From: Chiloscyllium plagiosum
Lineage: Eukaryota
NCBI RefSeq assembly: GCF_004010195.1
Contig: NC_057728.1
Coordinates: 54,790,588 to 54,854,587 of the forward strand
DNA length: 64,000 bases
Direction of reading: 5' to 3'
Within the stretch, counting starts at the first letter, position 1; each line of letters starts with the position of its first letter. The notes beneath the pieces were generated by a model. It saw only the letters and a list, made by a program, of their open reading frames with translations, was not told the DNA's origin and searched no databases. The position numbers were made by a program, and so were the translations under genes. Positions 37,363-50,679 of this stretch are shown here, in pieces.

Positions 37363-39593
37363 GCTGGGAACCACAGCCCATTATCATGGTGTAAGAAACA
37401 AACTCAATGAAATTATACGAGACGACCAAAGCTGGAAACAAGACAATTTATTTTACGATCTTGCAAGAAAGGACCCCAATTGCAGAAAGCAATTGAAGTG
37501 ATGATTATTCAAACTACTACACAGTTATACTTCTGAGCTGCGTGAGGTCACCTCTCCCGACTCCTGCATTACCCAATCTCTCTTAGTATTTTGCCTCTGC
37601 CCATCTATGCTCCACGCCCATTGCCCCCTTCCCCAGGTTAGCAACCTTCCTCTCTAAGTGCTGACACACACATTATTTTGTCGACAGTACATCAAGATCT
37701 GGTTAACATTTTGTATCAATTCTGCTGGTACATTCCATCCTCGGACATTTCATTAACTTGTATCATTTTGTATAGCCCAAGCATTTCGGTTATCTCAGCT
37801 TTTTGCTGAAAACATAATTTTTAAAAAGAACTTATTTGCTATAATAATTACACTCTACAGTTAATATTTAATTAACCACAATTATACACTGAAAAGTAGA
37901 GATACTCTTCCCTAAATACCTGCAGGGTTAATAGTTCTCTTGCTGTACCCCTTTTCTGTATGTTTTCCCTATATCTGCAAAAACAACGCTTTTCCCCATT
38001 TCTAACAATAGTTTCCCAAGAAATTGAGAGTACCCCAGGACTAAATTTAGTTTCAGTGTTATTCATTCCACTGATTCCTGACACACTGAGAAAACATGAA
38101 AGATATGCTCAATGGAGGGAGATAGTGGTGTAATGATTTTGTCGCTGATCTAATAATCAAGAGATCCAGTCTGATGTCCCAGGAACAAAAGGTTCAAACC
38201 CCAATATGGCAAATTCAATGAATAAAAATCGGGAATTAAAAGCCAGTTTCAGTAATGATGACCATGAAACTATCATCAATTCTCATCAAAACCCAGCCAT
38301 GTGGGCTTTGGCCTATTAAAGTACATTAGTGAACCTAAGGAAGGAAATCTGCCATCCTTACCCAGTCTGGCTTACATGTGACTCCAGATCCACAGGAATG
38401 TGACTGACTCATAACTGCCCTCTGAAATGGCATCACAAGCCACTTATTTCCAAAACAAATTGGGAAATCAATGTTTGACTGACCACATCCCATGACAGAT
38501 AAAAGAAAAAGAAGAGAATTTAGAGGAAACGCTGTAAGTAAGCTCTTGATCAATTGTTTCTACTTTTAACTTGTACTCCAGAATATTGCTGCCAATCTTT
38601 GATGCAACATTAAAAACGTTAGAAGAGGGAAGTAAGAAATATTGCTTTAAAGAAAGAAAGAAAGAAAGAAACAAGTATTGAATTGGTCAATATCAAAGAG
38701 GAAACTGCAATTTCAGATAGGCACAGAATAATGAGAGCGCACGGGGAAAGAGAGAGAAAGGCTGGCAGCCTGTAGGTGAATCAGAAGCTATTTTGGCCAT
38801 TTAAAAATAGCTCTCTTTTCAGTTAACCTAGATTCCATTTTCTTCATTTACTCCTGCACTTTATATAAAACAGAGTCAAAATTGTCTAATAGACAAAGCT
38901 ATCCACTAGCCTACTAAAACAACCACCAACTTGCATTTCCATTGTCCATTGAACATTATAAAATGTTCCCTGAGACACCTCATTGAGATATTATTAAACA
39001 AAACTTGACACATAAGGGGATGTTAGGGCAAATGGCTAAAAGCACAGAAACATGTCTTCAGTGATTAACAAAAAGCATGGAAAGGCTTGGACAGAGTATT
39101 TTAGTGCCAAGATCTTAGCGACTGAAAGCACAGCTGCCAATGATGATGTGATGGAAATCAGGGATCACGTAACACTGAGTCCATCTCAATTCCTCTTTGT
39201 GCGATAAACAACTTAAATGGAAAATAAAATAATGGGGAGAGTTTGAACTTTTTAGGTGGTTTCTGATGCAATCACAAAGTATTATAATTTAAAGTTGTTC
39301 TGGGTACATGAACATCATTAGCCTTGGTCCATTCGCAAATGCCTTTGAGAAGGTGAGTGGTGAGCTACCTCCTTGAACCACTACATTCTATTGGACTTAT
39401 CTCAAGTGGTTTGATAAAATGGAGTGGCCTACTCATCCATTCAAAAAGGTTGTGGGTCAGGAGTCATGTGGAGGACAGACCAAATAAGATAAACAAGCTG
39501 GGTTTTAATAATCCAGCAATCAAAGTAGCTGTAATCCATAGTTACATACCCTATATAGTATAAAATTAGAATAGATTTATATTAAATTTATTA

Positions 39594-39835
39594 GAGTCAT
39601 AGAGGTGTACAGCACGGAAACAGACCCTTCGGTCCAACCTGTCCATGCCGACCAGATATCCCAACCCAATCTAGTTTTATCCTATCCATGCCCCTCATAA
39701 TTTTGTAAACCTCAAAAAGGTCACCCCTCAGCCTCCGACGATCCAGGGAAAACAGCCCCAGCCTGTTTAGCCTCTCCCTGTAGCTCAGATCCATCAACCC
39801 TGGCAACATCCTTGTAAATCTTTTTTGAACCCTTA
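39594..39835 (-). mobile_element. CR1 3' fragment
   Basis: ORF 39597-39809 YRERLNRLGLFSL.RRRLRGDL. Confidence 0.85.
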
Positions 39836-40001
39836 GCTGAATTTAAACTCCCCTCCAGTTTCCGTGGTGGAATTTGAACTTCCATCATTTGAGTATCAGT
39901 CTAGACCTCTGTTACCAGTCCAACATCATTACTGCTATGCCACCATACCCATCGTGAAAAATCTACCATGAGTTGTGCAACGCAATTGCTGATATACATA
40001 C

Positions 40002-40062
40002 CAATATCTTGTTCAACTGCTCCATACAATATTCCTTTAACGTGGACATCTCGGATTACCTC
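40002..40062 (-). CDS. NT5DC3: NT5DC3 exon 7 (EVIRDVHVKGILYGAVEQDI)
   Basis: tgacag acceptor, G|gtatgt donor. Confidence 0.94.
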
Positions 40063-40404
40063 CTGTCAATGATGAATTGAGAAGAATGTGAACTTTCACC
40101 CCGGTTGCTGCTAAATGTTGAATTTCAAGATCAGATTTATCAGTCATTCCTTTTGCTTCACAATTAGTTATGGGCCAACATTTCATTCTGGAACCCCAAC
40201 CGAGCCAATTTTGATGAACAGCCATCAGAAACCTGATCTCTCAATCTCTGCACCTCAACGCACCCATTGAAATATCAGCCAAACCTCTCACCTGGCAAAC
40301 CACTTCAACAGTCTGGAGGTCAACTGGCTCAAGGTGTTCATAGTCTCCTAGGAAGGCGAGCAAGGATATCACACTGGGAATAAAAAAAAACTCTCGTATC
40401 TTAC

Positions 40405-40542
40405 CTTAACATCCTTGTAAAGATAAACTGGCTCAAAGTCGATGTTCTGCTTGATAAAATAGTCATTGACACAGGAAAGCAGAGTCAGCTCTGGCAGTGA
40501 AAATATGTCCATGAATTGTTTCATTGTGAAGCCATGAGAACT
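40405..40542 (-). CDS. NT5DC3: NT5DC3 exon 6 ([18 protein letters not shown]...LYKDVK)
   Basis: aattag acceptor, AAG|gtaaga donor, 138 nt. Confidence 0.96.
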
Positions 40543-41075
40543 CTAATTAAAGAAATGCAATGAAAATCATTGGATGGCATGAAAAGCACAAAACAGCTTT
40601 TAAAATATTCACCACTTTAAAAAAAATGCCCAAATTTGCAATTTAACAGCAAAGCCATGTATAAAGTTAAATCAAACAAAACCAGAGAAGTACTGGGATT
40701 CAGTGCAAACACTCAACTCTGCACCTGAACAGGTGGGGCTTTATTTCAAAGTTTTCACATGACATAAAACCCAAAAATGTATATAAACAGCAAGGAGTTT
40801 AGCAACAATCTTCAGAAGGATAGGAACAGGCTGCTGGAGTAGGGAGAGACAGAGGATAAAATATAATGTCAAGAAGTGCTTGTTTTGGAAGGAAGGTAAT
40901 AAGGAAAGCAAAATGATTGAATTTTAAATAAGGAGTGAGAGTAGAAAGACCTGTGGCAGTGGGGAATTCAACTACATCTGATATACTTATAAAGACCAGG
41001 ATGCTATAAGTGGCAGTATCACAAGATTATTAATCCAAAGACAGCTGTAATGTTCTGGAAATCTGGGCACAAGTC

Positions 41076-41419
41076 TTGGAGAGGGTGGATGCTAGGAAAT
41101 TGTTTCCGTTAGGCGAGAAGACTAGGAGCCGTGGACACAGCCTTAGAATTAGAGGGGCTAAATTCAGAACAGAAATGCGGAGACATTTCTTCAGCCAGAG
41201 AGTGGCGGTCCTGTGGAATTCATTGCCGCAGAGTGCAGTGGAAGGTGGGATGCTAAATGTTCAAGGCAGAGATTTATAAATTCTTTATTACACAGGAATT
41301 AAGGGCTACGGGGAGAATGCGGGTAAGTGGAGTTGAAATGCCCATCAGCCATGATCGAATGGCTGAGTGGACTCGATGGGCCGAATGGCCTTACTTCCGC
41401 TCCTATGTCTTATAGTCTT
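41076..41419 (+). mobile_element. CR1 3' end inserted into a tRNA-headed SINE (host about 41010-41720)
   Basis: ORF 41076-41279 (RGHSL...FFSQRV..LWNSLPQ); tatgtcttatagtctt tail; possible 5-bp TSD aagtc. Confidence 0.85.
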
Positions 41420-42460
41420 AAGTCCTGCCTTGGCAACTGATGAAATTTGATTTAAATGAAAATATGGAATTAAGAGTCTAGTGATGACCATGAAAGCATT
41501 GCTGAGTGTTAGGAAAAACACATCTGATTCACTAATGTCCTTTAGGGAAATGAATTGCAGTCTTTACTTGGTCCAACTTAATTGTGACTCCAGACCTACA
41601 GCAACATTGACACTTAATTGCCCTCTGGGCAATTAGCAATGGGCAATAATGCCTCTCTGTTGACATTTAACAATCAACACATTGGCTGGCCTAATCAGTG
41701 ATGCCACATCCTGTGAATGAATTTTTTAAAAATGAGAAGTGCACAAAAACATGGATGTTATGCCAAATATTTGTGTCTCCAGTAGGGCTTCAGCTTGAGA
41801 TCTCATCCGAACTGAGCAGATTCAGGCGAGGTTTACTTGAGATGTTCAAAATTACAAAGGGTTTAAATAGGAGAAGTTGCTTTCACTGGCAGACAAGTCA
41901 GCAGTGAACGAAACTTTAACACTAATGCCAAAATAAATTGAGGGAAGAGGAATTTTTTTTTTTAAATATACAAGCACTGTAAAAGTAGATTGAATCTCAA
42001 TTTTCAAAAAGCAACTGGGCATTAGTAATAAAGTAGAGCCACAGGGAAACAGCAGGGATTGGAAAATTAACTGGATAACTATTACAAAGTGTCTGCACAG
42101 GCACAGTGGGCAGACTGGACTCCTGTCCTGTTTGATTCTAAAGGAATAGATCACACTAGATCTCAACTGTTCCAAAATGTGTTGACAGGAAATCAAGGGT
42201 GCAAATTTAAGTTAACAAAGTTCAGCCTAAAATGATGTTTTGCAAGTTAATTAAAAAAAACAGTAGCTCCTGCGATGCCCATCTGTCACAGAAAACCTCA
42301 GGCACAGTAACAGACACCAGATGTTTCTGCTCCAAGGCACAAACACAACCACAGAGGAGGTGCAGGCAGATATCTTTCATTGTACAAGTTCAGGTAATGC
42401 AGCCTGCCCCAGCAGTCACATAGGGAACAGGCTGACATCAAAATATTTCAATACATTCAC

Positions 42461-42551
42461 CTTGCCATAGAAATCACTCATGTGCTCCAGAGGAACATGG
42501 GTCCCTTCATACATTTCGATGATTTGTTCGTCTGGAACTGGACTGAGTCCC
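42461..42551 (-). CDS. NT5DC3: NT5DC3 exon 5 ([30 protein letters not shown])
   Basis: ccacag acceptor, AAG|gtgaat donor, phase consistent. Confidence 0.95.
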
Positions 42552-45420
42552 CTGTGGTTAAAAACAAAAGATCTCAGCTTTAATTCGAGGATGCTTGTTT
42601 GGTGGAGACGACAGGAAGGGGGAAGTGGGTTCCATTAGGATCATAGGGACAGAAGGAGGCCATGTAACCCATTACATCTGATCAGCTATTCAACAAAATT
42701 ATAGCTGATCTGTGACCGAGTGCCACATGCTCCATATCCCTCGATAGGTGTTGACAACAAACACATATCACTTTCAGATCTGAAATTACAACAGAAACTG
42801 ACAGGGGTTTTTCCCAAAGGTTTGGCTCAAATATTTGGACAATGCCCCCTAGTCCTCAGGCTGGATTGTTACCATTCACAAAATGGCATATGATTAAGAA
42901 ACCCTAACATCATCTACACTCCCCAGCAATGGAGATGGGTGCAGCTACTGATCACCAGCCACTTGCTGTTTAAAGGTACTAGCAGTCATTTGAAAGACGG
43001 GCTATTCATATAGATTTCCTTCCAAGCCACACACCATCCTGACATCCTGAGCTACAATCACCGTTCCAGGATTTAAACCCCTTTGGGTTCAATTCTCTCG
43101 ATGCAGAGGTCAGAATCCCATTTGCCTTTCAGCACCTGTTCACAATGTAATCTACCCCAGGATTAAAGGTCTCCTTGGGCTCTCAATCCTGCTCACACCA
43201 ACCAGACTAATACTGGGCAGGTTCCACAATCAGCCTGCGATTGGCTCAAAATCAGGTGACTGGTAATGGAAAGATCCCCTTTCCGTACAGAACAAGCTTG
43301 AGAGCAAAGTAACTACTGGTAGTTTTTCTTTCCCTGTGAGGGAATGCAGGGTTTAAAATCCTGCAAACTCTTTTATAACAGATCAGGAGCAGCACAGACT
43401 ATCCCAGATCAGCAGAGATTCAGTGCTCAGTTCAATATCAGAGCATTACATTAAAATAAAGTATTACCTGTAGCCTCATGATGGCAAATATTGCATTGGC
43501 ACATTGTATTCAGATAATTCTAACAGCGTGTGGTGAAAGAAGGGAAAGGAGGTGGAAAAAGTAGTAAGGTGGCAGAGTGAAACGAACACATTTGCCTCGT
43601 TATAGCGTTTCCAAGTGTTCTACAGCCAAACCTCGATCACCTCTCAGTCAGTCCTTCTGGATCAAGATAACTGGCTTCCATTCCAGACACAACTAACAAG
43701 TGCAATGCACAGTCTGCAGACTCCGCCACATGTGGGGCAGTTGTCATTGAAGACTCGGGTGGTCAAGATTTGTGTTCCCTCTCAGACTCCAACTCTGCGT
43801 GTTACTAATGAAATCCCTTGATAAGCTTGGTGCCTTCTGAATCAACCTTCGCCATTTTGGGTACTCATAAGTCAAAGTCCAGTGAATCCCAGATGTTTGA
43901 TCTCTTCAGTGATGTTTCAAGAACACCCTTATTGTGCATTGCACTGGGAATCTCCTGCAGCTACCAACAGCCATTGCTTCGGGAGTGTGGTGTCAGGCAC
44001 ACAAACTCACGCCCCACAAGCAGTCGAGCTGGTTTTCAGCGATTAGGACCTTAATAATGGGCAAATTGGATTGGATGGGGATGCTGCTGTTGGACCATCT
44101 TTCTTACCATCGAACTTGGAGGAACTTGCAAGTGGCTGGCACTTCTCAAGACTCTAAGGCCATGCAATATGGGAGCAAAATTAGGCGATTTGGCCCATCA
44201 ATCATGTCGGATATAATCAGGGTTTTGAGGTGCTTCTTGTAGGTTGTCCCAATTTCCAAAACGTGCAAGAGTGCAGGAATCACTATGGTCAGTAAGTCAG
44301 AACGTCAGTCTTAGGCTTGAGATCCCGATCCTCAAATACTTTTTTCCTCAGTTGGCGGAAGACTGAGCTGGCACATTGGAGGTGACGATGAGTTTTGTCC
44401 AAAATGCACTTTCAAAATGAAGTCACTGTTGTATTTTAGTAAAATGTGGGAGATAATTTAACATAGCTAGATGTATACCTGCTGTCCACTGGCTCTTGTT
44501 TCAATATGACTGAAGGAACTTTAACACCCATCTCAAAGAAGTCACCTCTGTCTATCAGTGCTCCCTGTGTGCTGATCTGAAATGTCAGTTTGGATATGAT
44601 CAAGTTTCTGACATATAACAGGAACACATGGCCTTCTGACAGAGATGTGAGAATGATGTTAATGGTATGCTAATTATATCGTTAAGACTCAGCGGTGAAG
44701 GATATTGTTCAATTGAGTAATTGGAGCACTTGGAAAGAGAGACTGCTGGGACATTGACAGCTCAGAAGTGAACATATATAATTCTTCATTCTGCAGATAA
44801 ACTCTTTATCAAATAAAATGTCTGGTTTCATTCTTTACCACCAAGTTTGGGATTGAGATTACAAATGCTACCATTTAGCTAAGGCTGATAGAGTTAAACA
44901 GATTGAGACACCTCACTTCAGAGTGGGATTTCCTGGTATTATTTTAAGAAAAGTTTAAATGGCAAACATGGATCTAATTGTTTACCTCAGCATCTAGAAC
45001 ATCCAAGTTTGGGCTGACAAGTGACAGCCAACATTGATGCTGCTGGTACCTGGTTCCAAACTTCTTCAGAAAGGCCCCTGGAATTTTACCACGGAAAAGA
45101 GATTTCTACCCTCGACTTTTGGGGTTTACCAAGGCTTAATCAGCCCAGAAAAATTAACACATCTAACATTAAATAAATCCATTAGTTGCTGTAATCTATG
45201 AAATGTAACTTGAAATTTAATGTTAAGAATTCCAAAGTGTGCTGGGTCACTGCAAGATTACATTTAACCCAGAAATTAGACTGGGGAAACGATTAACACT
45301 TACACCATGAAATTCTTCAAGGAAAAAAGGTATTACTTACAAACCATGTGAATAAGGTTGACTTACCTTAGCCAGTTTGAGACAGAGGGAGACAGAAAAC
45401 AATTTGAGAAGTGATAATAC

Positions 45421-45476
45421 CTGTATGTGGTTCCCAGTTGAATGTAGTGAAAGGCATCAATCTTCATCACTATTCC
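45421..45476 (-). CDS. NT5DC3: NT5DC3 exon 4 (GIVMKIDAFHYIQLGTTYR)
   Basis: gttaag acceptor, AG|gtatta donor; MKIDAFHYIQLG conserved. Confidence 0.93.
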
Positions 45477-45886
45477 CTTAACACAAAATGGGAAAGAAAA
45501 ATTGTCATTCAAAAATATACGGTGATTCCCTGAAAAAAATTTAATGCCAAATACTTTTAAAACATGTTTAGATATTCGTAGCCTAAGCTTTCAGAGAGGT
45601 CAGTTTGCAATTGCTAACAACATCAAGAATTAAGATGTGGGGTAATGGAAACAATTTTTAAAAAAATCATCTTTGGGATATAAGTATCACTGGCAAGATT
45701 AGCGATTATAATTATATCCTGAGTTGCCCTTGTAAAGATGGTGAACAGTCTCCGGAGCACATCTCCAGACAGTGTGGTGAAGGGATTCCTGCAGTGTGGT
45801 TAGTTAGGGAGCTTCAGGAGCTATCTAACAAACATGTAAGAATGGGTGATCATATGGGAGAGTTGGTTGGCTTAGAGTTGTAAGAG

Positions 45887-46082
45887 GTAGACAATCAGAA
45901 GGCTGGAAGAACACATCAAGCCAGGCAGCATCAGGAAGTTGAGAAGTCAACGTTTAAGGTGTAACCCTTCTTCAAACATTGACTTCGGCACCTTCTGATG
46001 TTGCCTGGCTTCCTGTGTTCTTCCAGCCTCCATCCTGCTTGTCTACCTTGGATTCCAGCATCTGCAGTTTTTTTTTGTCTCA
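45887..46082. mobile_element. Fold-back PLE mini-insertion, 11-bp TSD
   Basis: TSD AGTTGTAAGAG at 45876-45886 and 46083-46093; inverted arms gtagaca...ggctggaagaacac / gtgttcttccagcc...tgtctac. Confidence 0.8.
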
Positions 46083-46239
46083 AGTTGTAAGAGAGCTGGA
46101 AAGTTGCTAGATGTTCCCATGCATCTCTCATCCTTGGTCCTTCTCTGTAGGAAGAAATACGGTTTTGTTGTTAAGATTGTGGCCTGAAGGAAATACACGT
46201 ATTTCAAATCCAGTTTCTGATCAAACATCGCTGTGATGT

Positions 46240-46830
46240 CGAAGTTTTGGGCTCACCCACAAGGGGAACCATTCTTTCCACGTTTCACCTTGTCAAGACC
46301 ATTCAGAATCTTTGATCAAGTCACCCTTGACTCTGCGAAACTCCAGTGGAAACAAGCCCAATCTGACCAACCTTTCCTCATAAGACAACCTACTCATTCC
46401 AGATGTTAATATAATAAACCAAAAATAAGAAACTTAAATAAGAAAACCAAAATTACATGCTGTGAGCTGTAGTATCACCAATGCCCTGTATAATTGAAGC
46501 CTTACTCTTACTTGCTTTTATGCTTAATTTCTCTTGTAGAAAAACATTGCATCCCATTAGCCTTCTCAATTAATATGCAGGTGCAGCATGTAACTTTTTG
46601 AAACTTGCACACTAGAACACTAAATTCCCTCTGCATCTTCGAATTCTGTAGTTATTCTCTACTTAAGGGATATTCTGCTTTTTTAATCTTCCGGCCAAAG
46701 AGAACAACTTCACACTTTCTGACATTATATTCTAAGTGCCAGATTCTTGTCCACTCACTCAACCAATTCATACCCATCTGCAACGTTCTTAAGTCCTCGT
46801 CAGAACATACTTTCATGCCAATGTCAGTGT
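46240..46830 (-). mobile_element. Old CR1 RT fragment
   Basis: ORF 46652-46891 (W.LEYNVRKCEVVLFG). Confidence 0.75.
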
Positions 46831-47551
46831 CATTTGACCCAACTGTTGCAGCATTCAAGAATATCTTAGCAGTTCTTCTACCTAAGTTCACATCCCATCC
46901 TATAATTGTATCTTGTTACACTTAGAGACCAAAAAATCCATCAACTTCAGTCAACGATGGAGTATCCACAGCTCTCTGGGGAGAAGAATTCCCATAATTT
47001 ACAACATTCATAGCAAAGAATACCCTTTATCTCAGTACAAAATACCTGACCCCTTGGGAAGGCTCCCAGCGTAAGCCCTCTCAACATCCACCTTGTCAAG
47101 ATCACAAATATTTTTATTTGTTATTTCAGTTACCGGTCATCTGGCTGGTCAATTACTTTCTGGAACGATTGGGTAAGGAATGAGAAGTGCCTCATGATTG
47201 GTTTAACTGCACCAACATGTTCACTGGCAAGGTCACTAATTTGGCAGCATCTTCCAAGCCCGTGACCTCTGCCACCCAGAAGGACAAGAACAGTGAATTC
47301 ATGAGATTACCACCTCCTACAAGTTCCCCTCCAAGCCACACACCATCCTGACTTGGAACAATATTCCGGTTCTTTCACTGGGTCAAAATCCTGGAATTAA
47401 CTACACAGGGACTGCAGCAGTTCAAAAAGGAGGCTCATTGCACCTTCTCAAGAGAATAGACAATTAAAGCCAGCCCAACCCGCCACACCAATGACTTTTT
47501 TTCCGCAAAATGAGCATCTGGCAGTGGGCTGGGAGGACTAAGAACCGGAAA

Positions 47552-47882
47552 TCATAGAATCATGGTATCCCTACAGTGTGGAAACAGGCCATTCAGCCCA
47601 ACAACACTAACCCTCTGAAGAGTAACCCACCCATACCCATTCCCCTACTCTATTATGCTACAGTTCCCCTGACTAACGCACCTAACTACACATCCCTGAA
47701 CACTATGGGCAATTTAGCATGGCCAATTCGCCTAACCTGCACATCTTGGACTGTGGGAGGAAACCAGAGCACCCAGAGAGAACGTGCCAACTCCACAAAG
47801 ACAGTTGCCAGAGGCTGGAATTGAACCTGGGTCGCTAGCGCTATGAGGCAGCACTGCTAACTACTGAGCCACTGTGCCACCC
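47552..47882 (-). mobile_element. HE1-like V-SINE
   Basis: Reverse-complement tRNA head ending 47882; catagaatc tail. Confidence 0.85.
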
Positions 47883-48119
47883 ATTGATAGACCACAGTGC
47901 AACACACAGGCAAAAAAAGAACATCTGAAATCACAGAAGACTAAAGAAAGAAAATCATAAAATTAAACAGATATAGTAAAGAGCTCATTCTTTACATCTC
48001 TCTTCTGCTTCTGAAACTACAATCATTGATAGCTGCTTTTCAATTATTTGTTGCCAAGTTATGTTTATGTTAACAGAAGTGAAGATTATTTCCTCTGTTC
48101 TCCTGAACAATATGACTGA

Positions 48120-48404
48120 AAAGAAGTTCTGGGATTTACATATTAATGAACTGAAACCTGCAGCCCAATCTAAAAGATGAAATACTTAACAGCAATCTAG
48201 GTTTGTTCAATATATCATTTCAGTTGCATGACCCTGTAATCTTTTGCTATAAATTCGGTGTCTTTTGATCCTCTCCACAGCTACCTGATGAAGGATCGTC
48301 GCTCCGAAAGCTAGTGCTTCCAAATAAACCTGCTGGACTATAACCTGGTGTTGTGTGATTTTTAACTTTGTCCACCCCAGTCCAACACCGGCTCCTCCAC
48401 ATCA
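48120..48404 (+). mobile_element. PLE pseudo-LTR fragment with minimal hammerhead at 48282-48316
   Basis: TAC-CTGATGA-A-GGATC-GTC-GCTCC-GAAA-GCTA-GTG; same family as 58022-58554. Confidence 0.8.
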
Positions 48405-48574
48405 TGGCCCCTGAACAAGGACATTGGTGGGCAGCTCCAACAAGACTCCAATGAGAAGCCACTGCTTTAATTACCGGATTGATTTGCAATGAGAAATACA
48501 GTGAGGTAGAGCTTCTCCAACAAGTTGGTGAGCTTCAGCTACAAAACCATGAAGTGTTAAAGCAGACGGTAATG

Positions 48575-48728
48575 AGGTGAATTGGCCATGCTAAATTGCC
48601 CGTAGTGTTAGGTGAAGGGGTAAATGTAGGAGAATGGCTCTGGGTGGGTTACGCTTCGGCGGATCGGTGTGGACTTGTTGGGCCGAAGGGCCTGTTTCCA
48701 CACTGTAAGTAATCTAATCTAATCTAAT
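48575..48728 (+). mobile_element. 5'-truncated HE1-like SINE with (TAATC)n tail, flanked by an 88-bp direct duplication
   Basis: Matches the 3' half of 62220-62545; duplication at 48487-48574 / 48729-48816. Confidence 0.85.
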
Positions 48729-49162
48729 CAATGAGGAATACAGTGAGGTAGAGCTTCTCCAACAAGTTGGTGAGCTTCAGCTACAAAACCATGAAGTGTT
48801 AAAGCAGACGGTAATGGATTCCACTGCTGGCTTACAATGGAATGCGATTGTATGTTACGGGTGACACAGGGAGAGGGAGGAAAGAAGCAGCAAAATTCCC
48901 TGATCCTATGATCACTGGCAGGAAAGTGGCCTCTGGAAGAACTTTGGCAGAAAACAGAAAAGTGGGCCCAGGGGAGATACCTCAGCAGGTGAATATCATT
49001 GCCCATGCTACGTTTCTACACTCACATGCCGAGATATCAACGAATTAATGGTATCCATGGAATCAGGCTGGAGACTTTAGGAGGATCAGAGAATGGTCAT
49101 GTGAATGAGGTGGAGAAAATGAAGTAAAACATAGAACCAGCCTAAACACAAAAAACACTAAC

Positions 49163-49237
49163 CTTTTGTACATCGTAATGAAGTCCACGTATCACAAAGT
49201 TGGGATTGTAATCATACTTCCTCAGGTCTTCAGGATA
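49163..49237 (-). CDS. NT5DC3: NT5DC3 exon 3 ([25 protein letters not shown])
   Basis: ccttag acceptor, AAG|gttagt donor, 75 nt. Confidence 0.95.
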
Positions 49238-50679
49238 CTAAGGCACAAATCAGAAACATTTCATTGCAGCAAGTATTACCTTCCACAGGAGACAAGCTTG
49301 GGGCGGTCTCTATAAAAATACATTGCATTGCTGTATATCTCTTGGCTTGGGCTTATTACATTTTAAAGTAAATCGATCCACAAATATTTTGTACAATTAA
49401 ATATTCAACAATAATGTGTTCAGCACCAATGCAAATAATCTCTTTAAGTAATTCCATTAACCTTTCCTATGCTGACAAGATTAAAGTAAAAGCTCACGAG
49501 TAACACATCAACTTGCTCCTGGTTCAACATAGGATCTTAGCAATTGCGAGAGACTTTGGTCTCGTGCCCATAAATAGTTAAATTTCATCTGATAGATCTT
49601 TAACCAAGGACTGTTATCTGGGTCTACTAACAACAGCTAGAATTGATGTAGCACTTTTAATGTAGCAATATGTCAAATGTAGAGTGTCAAATAACAACAT
49701 ATGATGTTGAGCCACTTTGCTTTTGGTTAAAAAGGTTTAGATTGAGTGTAATTGGGCATCCTGCTCTAGTGGCACCAAGCCTGTCTTGGCAGTATTGGCC
49801 AGTGACAGGAATGGGATCAGGAAACTGACATACCAGCCACCATCTCCCTTCTTGACCTCAGCAGAGCTTATAAATTCAGCCCAATGGTCACTGGTTTTTA
49901 AATAACATATCAGGTACCATTCACATCTTCCTTTGGGATGCTGGATACTGCTAAAATGCATTGGCAGACCTTTGGAGAGGCTTCAAATCCACAGAAAACT
50001 ATTATCTTCTAAAATACATGCATCCACAGCCCAATCTCTCAGCTCCTTTTGGGTTTTCAAAGCTGTGCAAAGTAAGTAGGTTGAATGTTATTTAATAATA
50101 CTGACAGCCCTAAGCTAACAGCACACCTACTGATAGATCAATACAAAACATTGATTGGTAGACTTTGTAACTAATCCTAAAATAGTAGTTAGTCATATCT
50201 CACCAGCAGGGTAATTTATTAAAAATTACACTCCACCTCAACAACAGCCCTTCAAAGCTGCTTGTTTTGATTGAGGTGCACTTTGAACTGGATGTCATTG
50301 TACCACCGACTCACCCACTTTACCCAATAGACTTCTGAAATATATTTGTAACACTTTTCATTGAAAGGGCACTTTTCTGAGAATGCAGAGTAGAAAGTTG
50401 GACACTGGTCACGAGAAGCCAGAGATGTGACTTGATACCCCCAAAGTTAATTTATTCAGTTTCTGTGTATTGGCTGTCAAGAAAGATATCTTAACATTCT
50501 CTGCAGTGCAAACACACAAGGACAATATCCAGGCTGAACTTTCTCTTTTCATCCATTCACAGGATGTTACTGGCTAGGCCAGCATTAATACCCATCCCTA
50601 ATTGCCCAGAGAGCAGTTAAGAGTGAACTATGTTGCTGTGGGTCTGGAGTCACATGTAGAACAGATCAGATAAGGAAGA

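Noticed and set aside
37390..37859. Possible additional solo LTR (TGTAAG...CTACA)
   Set aside because: TG/CA ends are present but no matching TSD was found and there is no second copy in the window
48487..48816. CRISPR-like or tandem array interpretation of direct repeats
   Set aside because: Only two copies flanking a SINE in a vertebrate intron; no repeat-spacer periodicity anywhere in the window
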